From contig NC_135830.1 in NCBI RefSeq assembly GCF_964213995.1, positions 6,510,001 through 6,574,000 on the forward strand: DNA of 64,000 nt, read 5' to 3'. The stretch is from Mustelus asterias. Taxonomy: Eukaryota. Below, in pieces: positions 33,259-45,637 of this stretch. The position numbers and the translations under genes are program-made. Numbering within the stretch: the stretch's first letter is position 1; each line of letters opens with the position of its first letter. The notes under the pieces are model-generated. The model was given only the letters and a program-made list of their open reading frames with translations, was not told where the DNA came from and searched no databases.

Positions 33259-33774
33259 AGATTTTGTATGAGGCCCGCGGGAGCCTCATGTACTGTGGCT
33301 CTCAGTGCACAGTAATACACGGCGCTGTTTGTCACCTTCTAATCTTTCATGGGCAAGTGAAAAGTGCTTTGTTTACGGTTGAGATTCCCGCTAAAGTGTT
33401 CAAAACCTGGAGCCGTATCGGTAAATTAGCGGCTCTGAGCAGTTAATGAGGAGCTCGGTGTGGATACTGGCGATACCAGAACAGGGAATGTTGTACAGGT
33501 GAACTCGGTACCGAGTAACTGCAGGGTATTGCTGAATCTTCACCCTCTGCTGCTTCAACTCCTGGTCCTGACTGGGACACTGAGTCACCGTTACTCATGT
33601 CTGAAAATAGACAACAGACGCGCAGCGGGTTAGAAGGAGTAACAACAACGGAATAATCACCTCGAGATGGAAATGGGGAATGAATATGGTGACTGGCGGA
33701 TTTCACGCAGAAGTTCAAAATTACAGACCTGTTATCAGGACAATAACCAAAGTGAGACAGAGTTTCACCCCCAT
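33259..33774 (-). pseudogene. TCR alpha-like V pseudogene (family F); leader 33729-33774, exon 33298-33600
   Basis: MGVKLCLTLVIVLIT; DSVSQ...IPC...WYRQYPHRAPH*, frameshift, second stop, AVYYCALR; RSS CACAGTA-23-ACAAAATCT. Confidence 0.9.
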
Positions 33775-33960
33775 GGTTCGAGTCTGAACACCAGAAACAG
33801 AGAGTCATCACTGCCTGCATCAGATCTGCAATTAGAGAAGTTGAAACAGTCAGTGGGATGTTATGAGGTCGAAGGTGACTCCCTCTCTCCGCCCATTTTT
33901 ACATCTTCAAACAGGCGCTTCCATTAGAAGGGGATCGTGATCTTTCATAAGTGATCAGAG

Positions 33961-33977
33961 AGCGCCCTCCCGTGGAC
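33961..33977 (-). promoter_or_regulatory. CTCF-like site ~190 bp upstream of V leader
   Basis: GTCCACGGGAGGGCGCT. Confidence 0.5.
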
Positions 33978-34045
33978 AGCACGGCCGCATATTGGAAACA
34001 GGTACACACACGGCCACCTGCAAAGACTGACACATATCTAGGTAA

Positions 34046-34270
34046 TAGAATCATAGAACCCCTACAGTACAGAAGGAGGTCATTCGGCCCACAGAGTCTG
34101 TACCGATCACAAGCCTCCCAGGCCCTATTCCCGTAACCTCATACATTTACTCCGCTAATCCCCCTGACACGAGGGTCAATTTAGCATGGCCAATCAAACT
34201 AACCTGCACATCTTTGGACCGTGGGAGGAAACCGGAGCACCCGAGGAAACCCACGCAGACACGGGGAAAG
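34046..34270 (-). mobile_element. HE1-like SINE, 5'-truncated
   Basis: V-core and CR1-type tail as in 1224-1554. Confidence 0.85.
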
Positions 34271-34879
34271 CAGATACACACACGGCCACGTGCAAAGACC
34301 AGCATGTATCAGGATATATAACCATATAGATATATGCCCAGACACTGACATCAATTCCAATGTCCCTCGTTATAAATCCAGAATTATTCTGTAGATTTCT
34401 GACACATTAGTCTGAGTTGCTAACTATGAAAATACATGAATAACTCCAACTCCGTGTTCACTAGAAGCCTCGTATACCGCACAGAATCAACAAAAGCATC
34501 GACACAGAGACAAGTAAACACAGTGATCGATTCTCAAACTGATCGACTCAAACATAGACACACAGACAATCACTGAGGAAGATAAACAAACAGATTAACA
34601 CAGCCACTGACACACTCAAGAGAAGTGCACTCACTGACAATCTCAACAGCGTACTAGCTCCAGAGTAAGTTTCTGAACTGGAATTCCCTGGGGTCATGTC
34701 AGTGCGGCAATATCGTGTTAGATATTCATTGCGATGCAACTGTCCATTTTAACAACAGGAACAGCCAGAAATCTATTTCTCATCAATGGTGATCATTAAT
34801 TGATGTCTCAACAGTGGACACTTTTGGAGAATAAGCAATAATAGATGTATTTATTTTAACAGCCAAACACATATCATGT

Positions 34880-35171
34880 TTAAAGTTTATTTATTAATGT
34901 CACAAGTAGGATTACATTAATACAGCAATGAAGTTACTGTGAAAATCCCCTAGTCGCCATACTCCGCCACCTGTTCGGGTACACTAAGGGAGAAATTTAG
35001 CATGGCAATACAGCTAACCAGCACGTCTTTCAGACTGTGGGAGGAAACTGGAGCAAATCCACACAGACACAGGAAGGACGTGCAAACTCCACTCAGACCC
35101 AAGCCAGGAATCGAACCCGAGTCCCTGGCGCTGTGAGGCAGCAGTGTGCCACTGTGCTACCGTGCCACCCC
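34880..35171 (-). mobile_element. V-SINE with non-CR1 tail
   Basis: tRNA head and V-core like HE1, but 3' part ends CTTGTGACATTAATAAATAAAC. Confidence 0.8.
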
Positions 35172-35769
35172 GTGTGAGGTCAGTGTAGGTCAGACAGATT
35201 CCCCACCCATTCTCGAGGTTGCCAGATCGGATGTTTGGGACACAGGAGGACAACACAAGGAGACTGCTTCAGGTATAGGTGATTCATTCTCCTCTGTTAT
35301 ATTCCACACTCTGGAAAGTTGTGGAGTGAATTAGTTATATTATATATAATTCAGAAATAATGGGGAGATGCTTCATCCGATTAAACTCGTTTTGTAAATT
35401 TTGTAAATTTGTAAATATATGTTTACATTGAAAACTATATTGGGAAGCTATATCCAATACTTCATGCCATTGGGTCAGTGAAACGTTGTTACCTAACGCA
35501 AACTGTACATGGATTCCACAGAAACTCCTTCTTCAAATGGGGATTGGACAATGACTTGAAAGGGAGAAAAATCAGCTTCATGGAATGAGAGGAGGAAACT
35601 GAAATGAGAACAAAGAACAGTGCAGCACAGGAACAGGCCCTTCGGCCCACCAAGCCCGCACCGACACGTCAGTTTGGTAGCTCATCATAAAATAACTGGC
35701 ATAGGCATGGTGGGTCGAAGGGCCTCTTATTGTTCTCTGCCATTGTCAACCATTTTCAATCATTACAAC

Positions 35770-35839
35770 AATCTGAGGTCCCGATCTGCTTCAAGAAGAT
35801 GACCATCATCCCGGTACCTAAGAAAAACCAAGCAGCGTG
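35770..35839 (+). mobile_element. Rex1/Babar fragment at the duplication junction
   Basis: [23 protein letters not shown], homologous to 51855-51925 and 49655-49725. Confidence 0.8.
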
Positions 35840-35888
35840 AGGCCCTGAGAGTTTTTGTACAGGTTCAGCCCAGCTCTGTGTTTCTGTG

Positions 35889-36817
35889 GGTCTCAGTGCG
35901 CAGTAATAACCCCCGGAGTCTTCCAGCTCTGTTTTCGACACTTTCAACGGGACGGTGCGGATTGTATCATTGAACTCCGCTGAAAAACGGTCCCCTGAGG
36001 ACATCTCTGTGTTGCCACTGTATCTAGAGCTGGTCAGCAGAAACTGCATGGACCCACTGGAATACTGACGGTACCAGAATAAATAAGGAGTGCTAGTACT
36101 TGTAGCTGTATAATTACAGAGCAACTGAACAATATTTCCTTCAGTAACGGTGACTGCAGCCGGTGTCTGTGAAACAGAATCTCCTCCACAGTCTCCTGTA
36201 AGAAAGCAAAGAAATATTAATCTAAACAATGCGACTTCACTCTGCGCCCCCCCCCCCGAACCCCCCCCCCCCCCCTTCCCCCCCACCCCTCGAATCTGCC
36301 GTAATCTTGAACAATAATCTCACAAAGAAATCACACAGCACAACAAAACATATATTTCACAGTTCAGCGGCTAGAAAGGGAAGGTGCTTGTGGCGATTAA
36401 ATAAAACTTCCACCATAAACATTCTGTTCTTTCTAAAGAGATCAGTTCCTCGCCTTCAGTCCCTGTAACTGGAAACCGCTCACGGTCTGTCTGTTTGAAG
36501 TGTGGTGTTTGCCAAAATCATTCGCTGGTATCAGAGGAGCTTCAATCTGAGCCCAACTCATTCTCTCTCATTCCATGGGAGAAATGTGTCCAATCCCAAC
36601 AGTGCTCAGTGTTGAGACCAGCGGGATCATGACAATTTTTCGATGTTGTGATCAATCCATTCCCTGATCACCCACCCCCTCCCCCTTGCATTGAGAGAAC
36701 CACCTGACAGAATATATTATGTGGGAATGATGTACAACACAGAATTGAGAAACTTGTGAACCTACCGGTTAAAAGAGCTGTCGCTATGAGGAATAAATAC
36801 AGAGTAACAGGAGACAT
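35889..36817 (-). CDS. TRAV/TRDV: TCR V gene segment, intact (family A, duplicate of 26426-27351); exons 36766-36817, 35889-36195
   Basis: Mirror copy; RSS CACAGAA(35882-35888)-23-ACAAAAACT(35850-35858); differs K/I (leader), N/S, E/Q, S/T. Confidence 0.92.
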
Positions 36818-37072
36818 GTTTGCAGAGAGCTGGAAGTGGATTTGACCAGAACGGGTTGAAGCTGAAGTTGTTTTACTCAAGAGGGGGAAGAGGTTGAGTC
36901 ATATCCGGGCCCCTGTTGATTGGTTCACTGCTGAAAACATCATCAGATAACATCCAATTGGCTTCAAGCTCCTTTGATTTCCAATTCAAGCAATGAACTC
37001 ACAGTTCCTTCATCTCCAATTCATCCTCTTGGCGGAGGGACGAAAGCAACAAAGTGAATTTGGTCATCCCAC

Positions 37073-37523
37073 TACAGGGGATTACTTTCCTCTTCAGCCA
37101 TCATTTCAGGCAACGACCGGTCCCCTGAGTCTTGGTGGCTCTGTTTTGACATGGAGAATGACAATATTCATTCTTACAGCAACATAACAAACAGTTTGTT
37201 ATCAATCATGTTTGGGGAAGCAGCTATGATGCGGAGGAGGATGAATGTTGATTTGAAACATCTACTTCATAAGAGGTGATGGAATAATGAATGGTCTGAT
37301 ATATTTCCATTTGATGTTCCCTCACTTCATAACTTTGTAGTCTGTGAAATCCTCTTTCAGACATGGAGACATATCTTGCCTCTCCATTCAACGACTGATC
37401 CAATCAGTGCCAAACAGGGAAAAGCAGCAAAGATCAATATCCCCAATAAAATCTCTAATAAAACAGCAGAGGTGAGACGGGTCAGAGTGAGAACAGCACA
37501 GGAAAGCTGTGCGTGGGGCGACC
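37073..37523 (-). pseudogene. Truncated family-D V relic (mirror of 25720-26170)
   Basis: Mirror identity. Confidence 0.7.
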
Positions 37524-37886
37524 ACACGCAGTGAGGTGACAGCTAGGATTTATCTGCAAGGATTTCATCTCAATAACAATGTCACATTAGAAATTCTATA
37601 AATTTGCTTCTCTGTAAGAGGGGCAGCTGAATGTCCATTCCATACTGCGTATGAGCAGCCTCGCACCAGGAGTGCCAGGGTTAGTAAATGATTCAATACA
37701 AAGCGAAATCTTCATCAGTGAGGAGGATGGAAAGTGGGACTGAATAGCTGAGCAGACGACTTGGGGAGGTTCTGAATGGATGTACAAGGTGTCAGAAAAA
37801 GCTTTAAATTCTTACGTTAAAGACTAGAAAAGTGAAATGTGCACAACTCCCATAAATCAGTAAATACAAGAATGTGTTTGGAATAA

Positions 37887-40800
37887 ATAAGAACATAAGA
37901 ACATAAGAAATAGGAGCAGGAGTAGGCCATCTAGCCCCTCGAGCCTGCCCCGCCATTCAATAAGATCATGGCTGATCTGACGTGGATCAGTACCACTTAC
38001 CCACCTGATCCCCATAACCCTTAATTCCCTTACCGATCAGGAATCCATCCATCCGCGCTTTAAACATATTCAGCGAGGGAGCCTCCACCACCTCAGTGGG
38101 CAGAGAATTCCAGAGATTCACCACCCTCTGGGAGAAGAAGTTCCTCCTCAACTCTGTCTTAAACCGACCCCCCTTTATTTTGAGGCTGTGTCCTCTAGTT
38201 TTAACTTCCTTACTAAGTGGAAAGAATCTCTCCGCCTCCACCCTATCCAGCCCCCGCATTATCTTATAAGTCTCCATAAGATCCCCCCTCATCCTTCTAA
38301 ACTCCAACGAGTACAAACCCAATCTCCTCAGCCTCTCCTCATAATCCAAACCCCTCATCTCCGGTATCAACCTGGTGAACCTTCTCTGCACTCCCTCCAA
38401 TGCCAATATATCCTTCCTCATATAAGGGGACCAATACTGCACACAGTATTCCAGCTGCGGCCTCACCAATGCCCTGTACAGGTGCATCAAGACATCCCTG
38501 CTTTTATATTCTATCCCCCTCGCAATATAGGCCAAGATCCCATTTGCCTTCTTGATCACCTGTTGTACCTGCAGACTGGGCTTTTGCGTCTCATGCACAA
38601 GGACCCCCAGGTCCCTTTGCACGGTAGCATGTTTTAATTTGTTTCCATTGAGATAGTAATCCCATTTGTTATTATTTCCTCCAAAGTGTATAACCTCGCA
38701 TTTATCAACGTTATACTCCATTTGCCATATCCTCGCCCACTCACTCAGCCTGTCCAAATCTCTCTGCAGATCTTCTCCGTCCTCCACACGATTCACTTTT
38801 CCACTTATCTTTGTGTCGTCTGCAAACTTCGTTACCCTACACTCCGTCCCCTCCTCCAGATCATCTATATAAATGGTAAACAGTTGCGGCCCGAGTACCG
38901 ATCCCTGCGGCACGCCACTAGTTACCTTCCTCCAACCGGAAAAACACCCAATTATTCCGGCTCTTTGCTTCCTGTCGGATAGCCAGTCCCCAATCCACTT
39001 TAACACACTACCCCCAACTCCGTGTGCCCTAATCTTCTTCAGCAGCCTTTTATGGGGCACCTTATCAAACGCCTTTTGGAAATCCAAAAACACCGCATCC
39101 ACCGGTTCTCCTCCATCAACCGCCCTAGTCACATCTTCATAAAAATCCAACATGTTCGTCAAGCACGACTTTCCCCTCATGAATCCATGCTGCGTCTGAT
39201 TGATTGAACCATTTCTATCCAGATGCCCTGCTATCTCCTCTTTAATAATGGATTCCAGCATTTTCCCTACTACAGACGTTAAGCTGACCGGCCTATAGTT
39301 ACCCGCCTTTTGTCTCCTTCCTTTTTTAAACAGCGGCGTAACATTAGCCGTTTTCCAATCAACCGGCACTACCCCAGAATGCAACGAGTTTTGATAAATA
39401 ATCACTAACGCATCCACTATTACCTCTGACATTTCTTTCAATACCCTGGGATGCATTCCATCCGGACCCGGGGACTTGTCCACCTTCAGTCCCATTAGTC
39501 TACCCAGCACTGCCTCTCTGGTAACATTAATTGTATTAAGTATTTCTCCTGCTGCCAACCCTCTATCGTTAATATTTGGCAAACTATTTGTGTTCTCCAC
39601 CGTGAAGACCGACACAAAAAACTTATTTAAAGACTCAGCCATATCCTCATTTCCCACTATTAACTCCCCCCTCTCGTCCTCCAAGGGTCCAACATTCACT
39701 CGAGCCACTCTATTCCTTTTTATATATTTATAAAAACTTTTACTATCATTTTTTATATTAATTGCTAGCCTAGCTTCATAGTCTATCCTTCCTTTCTTTA
39801 TCGCTTTCTTAGTCTCTCTTTGTTGTTTCTTCAATTTTTCCCAGTCACTTGTTTCTCCACTATTTTTGGCCACTCTGTACGCAGCTGTTTTTAATTTAAT
39901 ACTCTCCTTTATTTCCTTCGTTATCCACGGCTGGTTCTCCCTTTTCTTACAATCCTTGTTTTTTGCTGGAATATATTTTTGCTGAGAACTGAAAAGGATC
40001 TCCTTAAAAATCCTCCACTGTTCCTCAGCTATCCTACCTGCCAGCCTGCTCTCCCAGTCTACCTTAGCCAATTCATCCCTCATCCTATCATATTTCCCTC
40101 TGTTCAAACAGAGGACACTGGTTTGAGACCAAACTTTCTCCTCTTCCATCTGAATCAGAAATTCGACCATATTGTGGTCACTAGACCCAAGAGGGTCCTT
40201 CACAATAAGATCCTTAATTCTACCTACCTCGTTACACAATACCAGATCCAAAATAGCTCGTTCCCTCGTCGGTTCCGTAACATGCTGTTCAAGGAAACTA
40301 TCCCGACAGCATTCTAAGAACTCTTCCTCCATTCCACCCTTACCGACTTGAGTCTGCCAGTCAATGTGCATGTTGAAGTCCCCCATGATTATTGCCGTTC
40401 CGTTTTTACACGCATCCCTTATCTGCTTGTTTATAGCCCTCCCTACCTCAACATTATTATTTGGGGGCCTATATACCACACCTACTAGTGTCTTTCTCCC
40501 TCTACTATTCCTCATCTCTACCCATAATGATTCCACGTTTTGTTCCTCAGAGCCTATGTCATCCCTCAGTACTACCCTGATATTATCTCTTATTAATAGC
40601 GCGACCCCACCACCTTTTCCTTCCTGTCTATTCTTCCTAAACGCCTGATACCCCTGGATATTCATCTCCCAGTCCTGGTCACCTTTCAGCCACGTTTCTG
40701 TAATGGCCACGAGATCGTACCCACTTGTGCTGATTTGCACCATCAACTCATTCACCTTGTTCCGAATGCTTCGTGCATTCAGGCAAAATGTCCTTATTCC

Positions 40801-41232
40801 AGCTTTTATCTGGACCCGCTTTGATGAGTCGCGAACACCCTCTCCCTCTACTCCCTTATCTAAATTACCGCCTTCATTCACTTGCACCCTCTCCTCTCCC
40901 ATTAATTTTGTAATTCCCCTGACCCCTGCATCCTCCCACCCATCAATTAGTTCCTTGATCCTAGTCAACTCTTCTAGCTCCCCTCCCCCCAACCTATCTA
41001 GTTTAAATTCTCCCCAGTAGCCTTAGCCAACCTACCGGCCAGGATATTGGTCCCCGTGTGATTCAAGTTCCACCCGTTTTTTGTATACAGATCACCCCTG
41101 CCCCTAAAGAGGTCCCAATGGTCCAGGAACCTGAATCCCTGCCCCCTGCACCAGTCCCTCAGCCACACATTCATCCTCCACCTCACTCCATTCCTGCCCT
41201 CACCTTCCCGTGGCACAGGCAGTAATCCTGAT
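37887..41232 (-). mobile_element. Young CR1 LINE (mirror of 22011-25356)
   Basis: Same junctions and structure. Confidence 0.95.
37987..40992 (-). CDS. CR1 ORF2: APE endonuclease plus reverse transcriptase
   Basis: 1001-codon ORF with intact SDH and FADD motifs. Confidence 0.93.
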   Translation of the reverse strand: MGGGELEELTRIKELIDGWEDAGVRGITKLMGEERVQVNEGGNLDKGVEGEGVRDSSKRVQIKAGIRTFCLNARSIRNKVNELMVQISTSGYDLVAITETWLKGDQDWEMNIQGYQAFRKNRQEGKGGGVALLIRDNIRVVLRDDIGSEEQNVESLWVEMRNSRGRKTLVGVVYRPPNNNVEVGRAINKQIRDACKNGTAIIMGDFNMHIDWQTQVGKGGMEEEFLECCRDSFLEQHVTEPTRERAILDLVLCNEVGRIKDLIVKDPLGSSDHNMVEFLIQMEEEKVWSQTSVLCLNRGKYDRMRDELAKVDWESRLAGRIAEEQWRIFKEILFSSQQKYIPAKNKDCKKRENQPWITKEIKESIKLKTAAYRVAKNSGETSDWEKLKKQQRETKKAIKKGRIDYEARLAINIKNDSKSFYKYIKRNRVARVNVGPLEDERGELIVGNEDMAESLNKFFVSVFTVENTNSLPNINDRGLAAGEILNTINVTREAVLGRLMGLKVDKSPGPDGMHPRVLKEMSEVIVDALVIIYQNSLHSGVVPVDWKTANVTPLFKKGRRQKAGNYRPVSLTSVVGKMLESIIKEEIAGHLDRNGSINQTQHGFMRGKSCLTNMLDFYEDVTRAVDGGEPVDAVFLDFQKAFDKVPHKRLLKKIRAHGVGGSVLKWIGDWLSDRKQRAGIIGCFSGWRKVTSGVPQGSVLGPQLFTIYIDDLEEGTECRVTKFADDTKISGKVNRVEDGEDLQRDLDRLSEWARIWQMEYNVDKCEVIHFGGNNNKWDYYLNGNKLKHATVQRDLGVLVHETQKPSLQVQQVIKKANGILAYIARGIEYKSRDVLMHLYRALVRPQLEYCVQYWSPYMRKDILALEGVQRRFTRLIPEMRGLDYEERLRRLGLYSLEFRRMRGDLMETYKIMRGLDRVEAERFFPLSKEVKTRGHSLKIKGGRFKTELRRNFFSQRVVNLWNSLPTEVVEAPSLNMFKARMDGFLIGKGIKGYGDQVGKWY

Positions 41233-41321
41233 AGGCTGGGAAAGGTATCGAAAACCAAAAAAAAGGTGTCATTGTATCTCAGATCGATCTGTCAAATCGA
41301 TCTGTCAAACGATCTGTCAAA

Positions 41322-41869
41322 TGAGACCACTTTTGGAATATTGTGTGCAGTTTTGGTCACCTCACTATAAGAAGGATGTGGAAGCGCTGGAAAGAGTGCA
41401 GAGGAGATTTACCAGGATGCTCCCTGGTTTGGAGGGTGGGTCTTATGAGGAAAGGTTGAGGGAGCTAGGGCTGTTCTCTCTGGAGCGGAGGAGGCTGAGG
41501 GGGACTTAATAGAGGTTTATAAAATGATGAAGGGAATAGATAGAGTGAACGTTCAAACACTATTTCCTCGGGTGGATGGAGCTATTACAAGGGGGCATAA
41601 CTATAGGGTTCATGGTGGGAGATATAGGAAGGATATCAGAGGTAGGTTCTTTACGCAGAGAGTGGTTGGGGTGTGGAATGGACTGCCTGCAGTGATAGTG
41701 GAGTCAGACACTTTAGGAACATTTAAGCGGTTATTGGATAGGCACATGGAGCACACCAGGATGATAGGGAGTGGGATAGCTTGACCTTGGTTTCAGATAA
41801 AGCTCGGCACGACATCGTGGGCCGAAGGGCCTGTTCTGTGCTGTACTGTTCTATGTTCTATGTTCTATG
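41322..41869 (+). mobile_element. CR1 3' fragment (mirror of 21381-21921)
   Basis: Mirror; one extra tail unit and a 1-bp deletion near 41500. Confidence 0.9.
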
Positions 41870-42108
41870 TCAATCTTATTTCAATTGCAAATGTAAGTTA
41901 CGATCATTAACAAATGTAAATGTGCAACGGAACCACGCCAGTTGCTATTTTTGAGTGTTGTGTTTTGCTGCAATGTGAACAATCTTCCTGTCACTCTCTC
42001 TGTGGAAACTTAATTGCCCGCGTGTGTGAGCGCACCCTACTGGGCACTGACTGGAACTGCCTGTGTGGGGTTTTTGTCCGAGATTCGCTGTATCTCTGCA
42101 GCAGTGTG

Positions 42109-42613
42109 GGCTTCATAGCACAGAAATAAACGGCGCTGTCAGAGATCAGTGTGCTGCTGATCGTTAGCTCGGTAGTCTTGTTCTTTCTATCAAATGTAGA
42201 AGAAAACCGATCATTGAGATCCGTGCTCCTTTGCACATTCTCCCCAATAAGCTGAAACATGTACACTGGAGCTTTCCCAGGCTGCTGACTGTACCAATAT
42301 ACATCAGGGCTGGAATTGCTTGTTTCCAAGGCGCAGGTCAGTGAGACATTACTTTCCTCTTTAACCGATATTTCAGAATCCTGTTGTTCCACTTTGTCTT
42401 GCTGGCTCCATTCTAACGGAAGTAACAGCAATAATGACAATCAGAGTCAGCCTCAGATTAAACGATGCAATTATCATCAACATCGTCACTGTTGTTTTAA
42501 TAACAATAACATCTGGGTTACAGCAGTCAGGAGCAGAATGGAGTTTTATTGGGAAGGAAATACTTACTGAGAAGTGAGATAATGATGAGGATCAGAAAGA
42601 GCCGGATCCCCAT
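42109..42613 (-). CDS. TRAV/TRDV: TCR V gene segment, intact (family D, duplicate of 20636-21140)
   Basis: Identical V protein; RSS CACACTG(42102-42108)-24-ACAAAAACC(42069-42077). Confidence 0.92.
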
Positions 42614-42659
42614 GATCCTTCCTGAGTCTGTAACTCTGTAGTGAGAGAAATCCTCTGTC

Positions 42660-43950
42660 CTCTTTTTAGGTCAAACCAAACCAAGTAAACAAACTCAGAT
42701 TAAATCAGGACAAAGTAAAAGGGGCAGCTCCCCAAAAAGGAGGGGGAACAGCCCGAACAGAAATCAAAGTACAAAGGAAACTTAAAAACATCAAATTAAA
42801 ATGTGATTATTGGGGTCAATAATGCACCCCAACCCCTGAGGTGCCCAGCGGGCGCGGAAAGCGTCAACCTCGCCCGTGGACACCGCATGCTCCCTCTCCA
42901 GGGACACCTGGCCGCGAACGTAGCCGCGGTAGAGGGGAAGACAGTCAGGATGGACGGCCCCCTCGATCGCCCGCAGCCTGGACCGGTAAATGGCGCGTTT
43001 CGCCAGGCCCAGGAGCAGGTTCACGAGGAGGTCGCCATCCCGACCCTCCCCTCTCCGCACCGGGTGTCCGTAGCTCAGGAACGTGGGACTGAAGTGCAGA
43101 CAAAACATCAACAAAAGGTTCTTTAGGAAAACGTAAAGGGAGTGCAGCCTAAGACACACAACATCGACATGGTCCACGGACTCCACAAGGCCGCAGAAAG
43201 GGCAGTCTTCGGAGCCCGTGAACCAGTGAATCCTACGGTTGTGCGGAACTGCTGCATGCATCACCCTCCACCCCAGGTCCCCGACGTAATTGGGGGAGAT
43301 CCCTCCGTAGAGGGACCTCCAGCGGGGACCTCCGCCGCCCGGCGGCAACAAGGCCCGCCAAGGTGTGTCCGGGCGACAGGCGAGGAGGCAGTAGTGGAGG
43401 GTGTGCAGCAGCAGCCCGCACAGGAAACGCCTCCGCGCGGTAGAAAAAGGCACGGAGGGCATTTCCGCGAGGCGGCTCAGGCTGTGGGGCACCTCACCCA
43501 GGGGAGGGGGCTGAGGCTTTGGGCCAATGTGGAATTCCGTCCGAACAGGGGAAAGCTCGGGCGGGATCCCACCGCACGCCTGCGCCGTCTCGAGTTTGCG
43601 TGCAGTTTCGGGGCCAAGCACGACCGTCCTAAGGTCTAGGATGGCTTTGGCCGCGCGCCGGACGGACGTCCCCGCGCGCTCAGCCAGCACGCGGGGACTC
43701 ATCCAGCCCGCTCCTCCGCCATCGAGCACGTCCCCGATTCTGGTCACCCCGGCGTCCACAGCCCCCCTCTCCGCCAGCCACCTGAAGTTATACGGCTGGA
43801 GGAGCGGATTCCTGAGCAGCGGCTCTCGCACGAGAGCCGCTACTCCTGACGGGGGAGAGCTGCGTCGCGAGGCGACCTTGTTCCAGACAGTGAGGAGGTC
43901 CTGGTAAAAGACGGGCAACTCCTGCAGGGCGGTCGGAGCACGCCCCAGTT
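42660..43950 (-). mobile_element. 5'-truncated Tx1 retrotransposon (mirror), ORF2 C-terminus open for 375 aa
   Basis: Same TSD at 42646-42659 and 43951-43964; ORF 42791-43918. Confidence 0.9.
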
Positions 43951-45001
43951 AGAAATCCTCTGTCAGAAACAGAAGTAAAGATCCCCGTCCCACTGCACTG
44001 CTGATCCAATGAGAGGAATGGAGCAGTGGCAGCAATCTGTCCAATCACATAATCGGGTCAGAGTGAGCGCAGTAAACGGAAGCTGTGGGCGGGGTTACCA
44101 CAGGCTCAATGTTGAGTGGAATGTGCGGTGACTCTCAGCTGCACTGGATGCTGTTGGAGCGGAAATAGCGACGCTTGAATCTACAGATTTCTCTGATCAT
44201 CCTGCACCTGCTCACTGTTCAAGTGTCTAAAATTAAATGTTATGGCTGGGACATGAAGCATCGACAATCATTGAATCGGTGAGCATCGAATGAGGCCATT
44301 CGGCCTATCCATGGGCTGCATTATGTTATGTTATTTTTATTTCTCCCTGTTGAATTCCTGATTCCATTTCGGACATTGTTTTTCTCACTGCGCCCCTTTG
44401 GTTGTCTCACTGTCTATCTCTCTGTTTCTAGTGATCTCTGCACATTTGTCTCTCTATGTTCCTCCTTCTGTATTGTCTCCATATATCTGCATCTGTTTCC
44501 CTCACGGCCTCTTCGCCGTATCCTCATCTGTTTCCCTTCCCACCTCTTTCTCTTCTTCATTTCTTCCCCTGTTTGTCCCAATATTTATCTCCATGTCTCT
44601 CCCTCGTTTCTATCATTCTCTTTCCTCATGTTTATCTGAGTGCATCTCTACCTGTCTCTTCCAATCTATGCCTCTATATCTACCACGGTCTCTGACTCTG
44701 ACCCACTCACCGTCTTTTCATTTGTTTATCTTCATTTCGTATTTTTCCATGCTGTAAACCAATATCTTTCACAGCTTTTTTCCACAATTTCCGAAATGGT
44801 TTAAATTCCCCAAACAAATCTGAGCATTATGTTCAGCGTCTATTGGGCAGAGTCTGGGAGAGAGGAAACCTTCCCCAGTGCTGCACCTGTTGCACTGAGC
44901 TTGTTCATAATTCGGGTTAATTTTAAGCCACATCAATCTGCTGATAGGTTCAGAAGGTGCAGCTTTCTCCCCGTCTGCCACCCATTCCATTTGCCAGACT
45001 G

Positions 45002-45321
45002 CAGCAGTGTCCGAGGTTTCCTCTGGCTTTTGTCATTGTCTCTCATTCCGCAGTAATACACCGCGCTGTCAGACTGCCGCAGCCCATGGGTGGCGAAATT
45101 CCTGTCACTTTTCAAATTGTCTACAGATGCAGAAAACCGATTCCCCACTCTCTTACCCACTAATTAAGGGCGGTAAGTTTCATTCTTCTCTGCCGTTTGA
45201 GGGCTTCAGTGCACCAAAAGGGTTTCTAAAGACAATAATTATCCTTTTAATTCCAGACGTTTTGCAATCAAATTCCACAATCTGCCGTGATGAGATTCGC
45301 ACGCGGAGTCTGGATTCCTAG
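45002..45321 (-). pseudogene. V pseudogene family E (mirror of 17928-18247)
   Basis: Mirror identity. Confidence 0.8.
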
Positions 45322-45637
45322 ACAACCGCCTGCCATCCACCACCCCCCACAAGCCCCATTTGATTATTATTGTTGACCATGATGTCACTCATGATGTTCG
45401 CAAAATGTTTCTAGATCAGATTGTTGCAGGTTGTCAGATTTATTTGCTGCCTTCAGGAGTGAAGGCAAAAAGTGAAGAGGGCAAATTGTTCAATGTTTTA
45501 ACATTTCAGGTTGATCAGATTGGCGGAAGGTCCAGCTTTCTATTCTGTTGATTGTTGTCAACCTTCCCTTGACCACGAACTGGAGAAAGCCACCGTGTGT
45601 TTTGGTACGGGACATGCTCTATCTTTGAAGCACTGTG

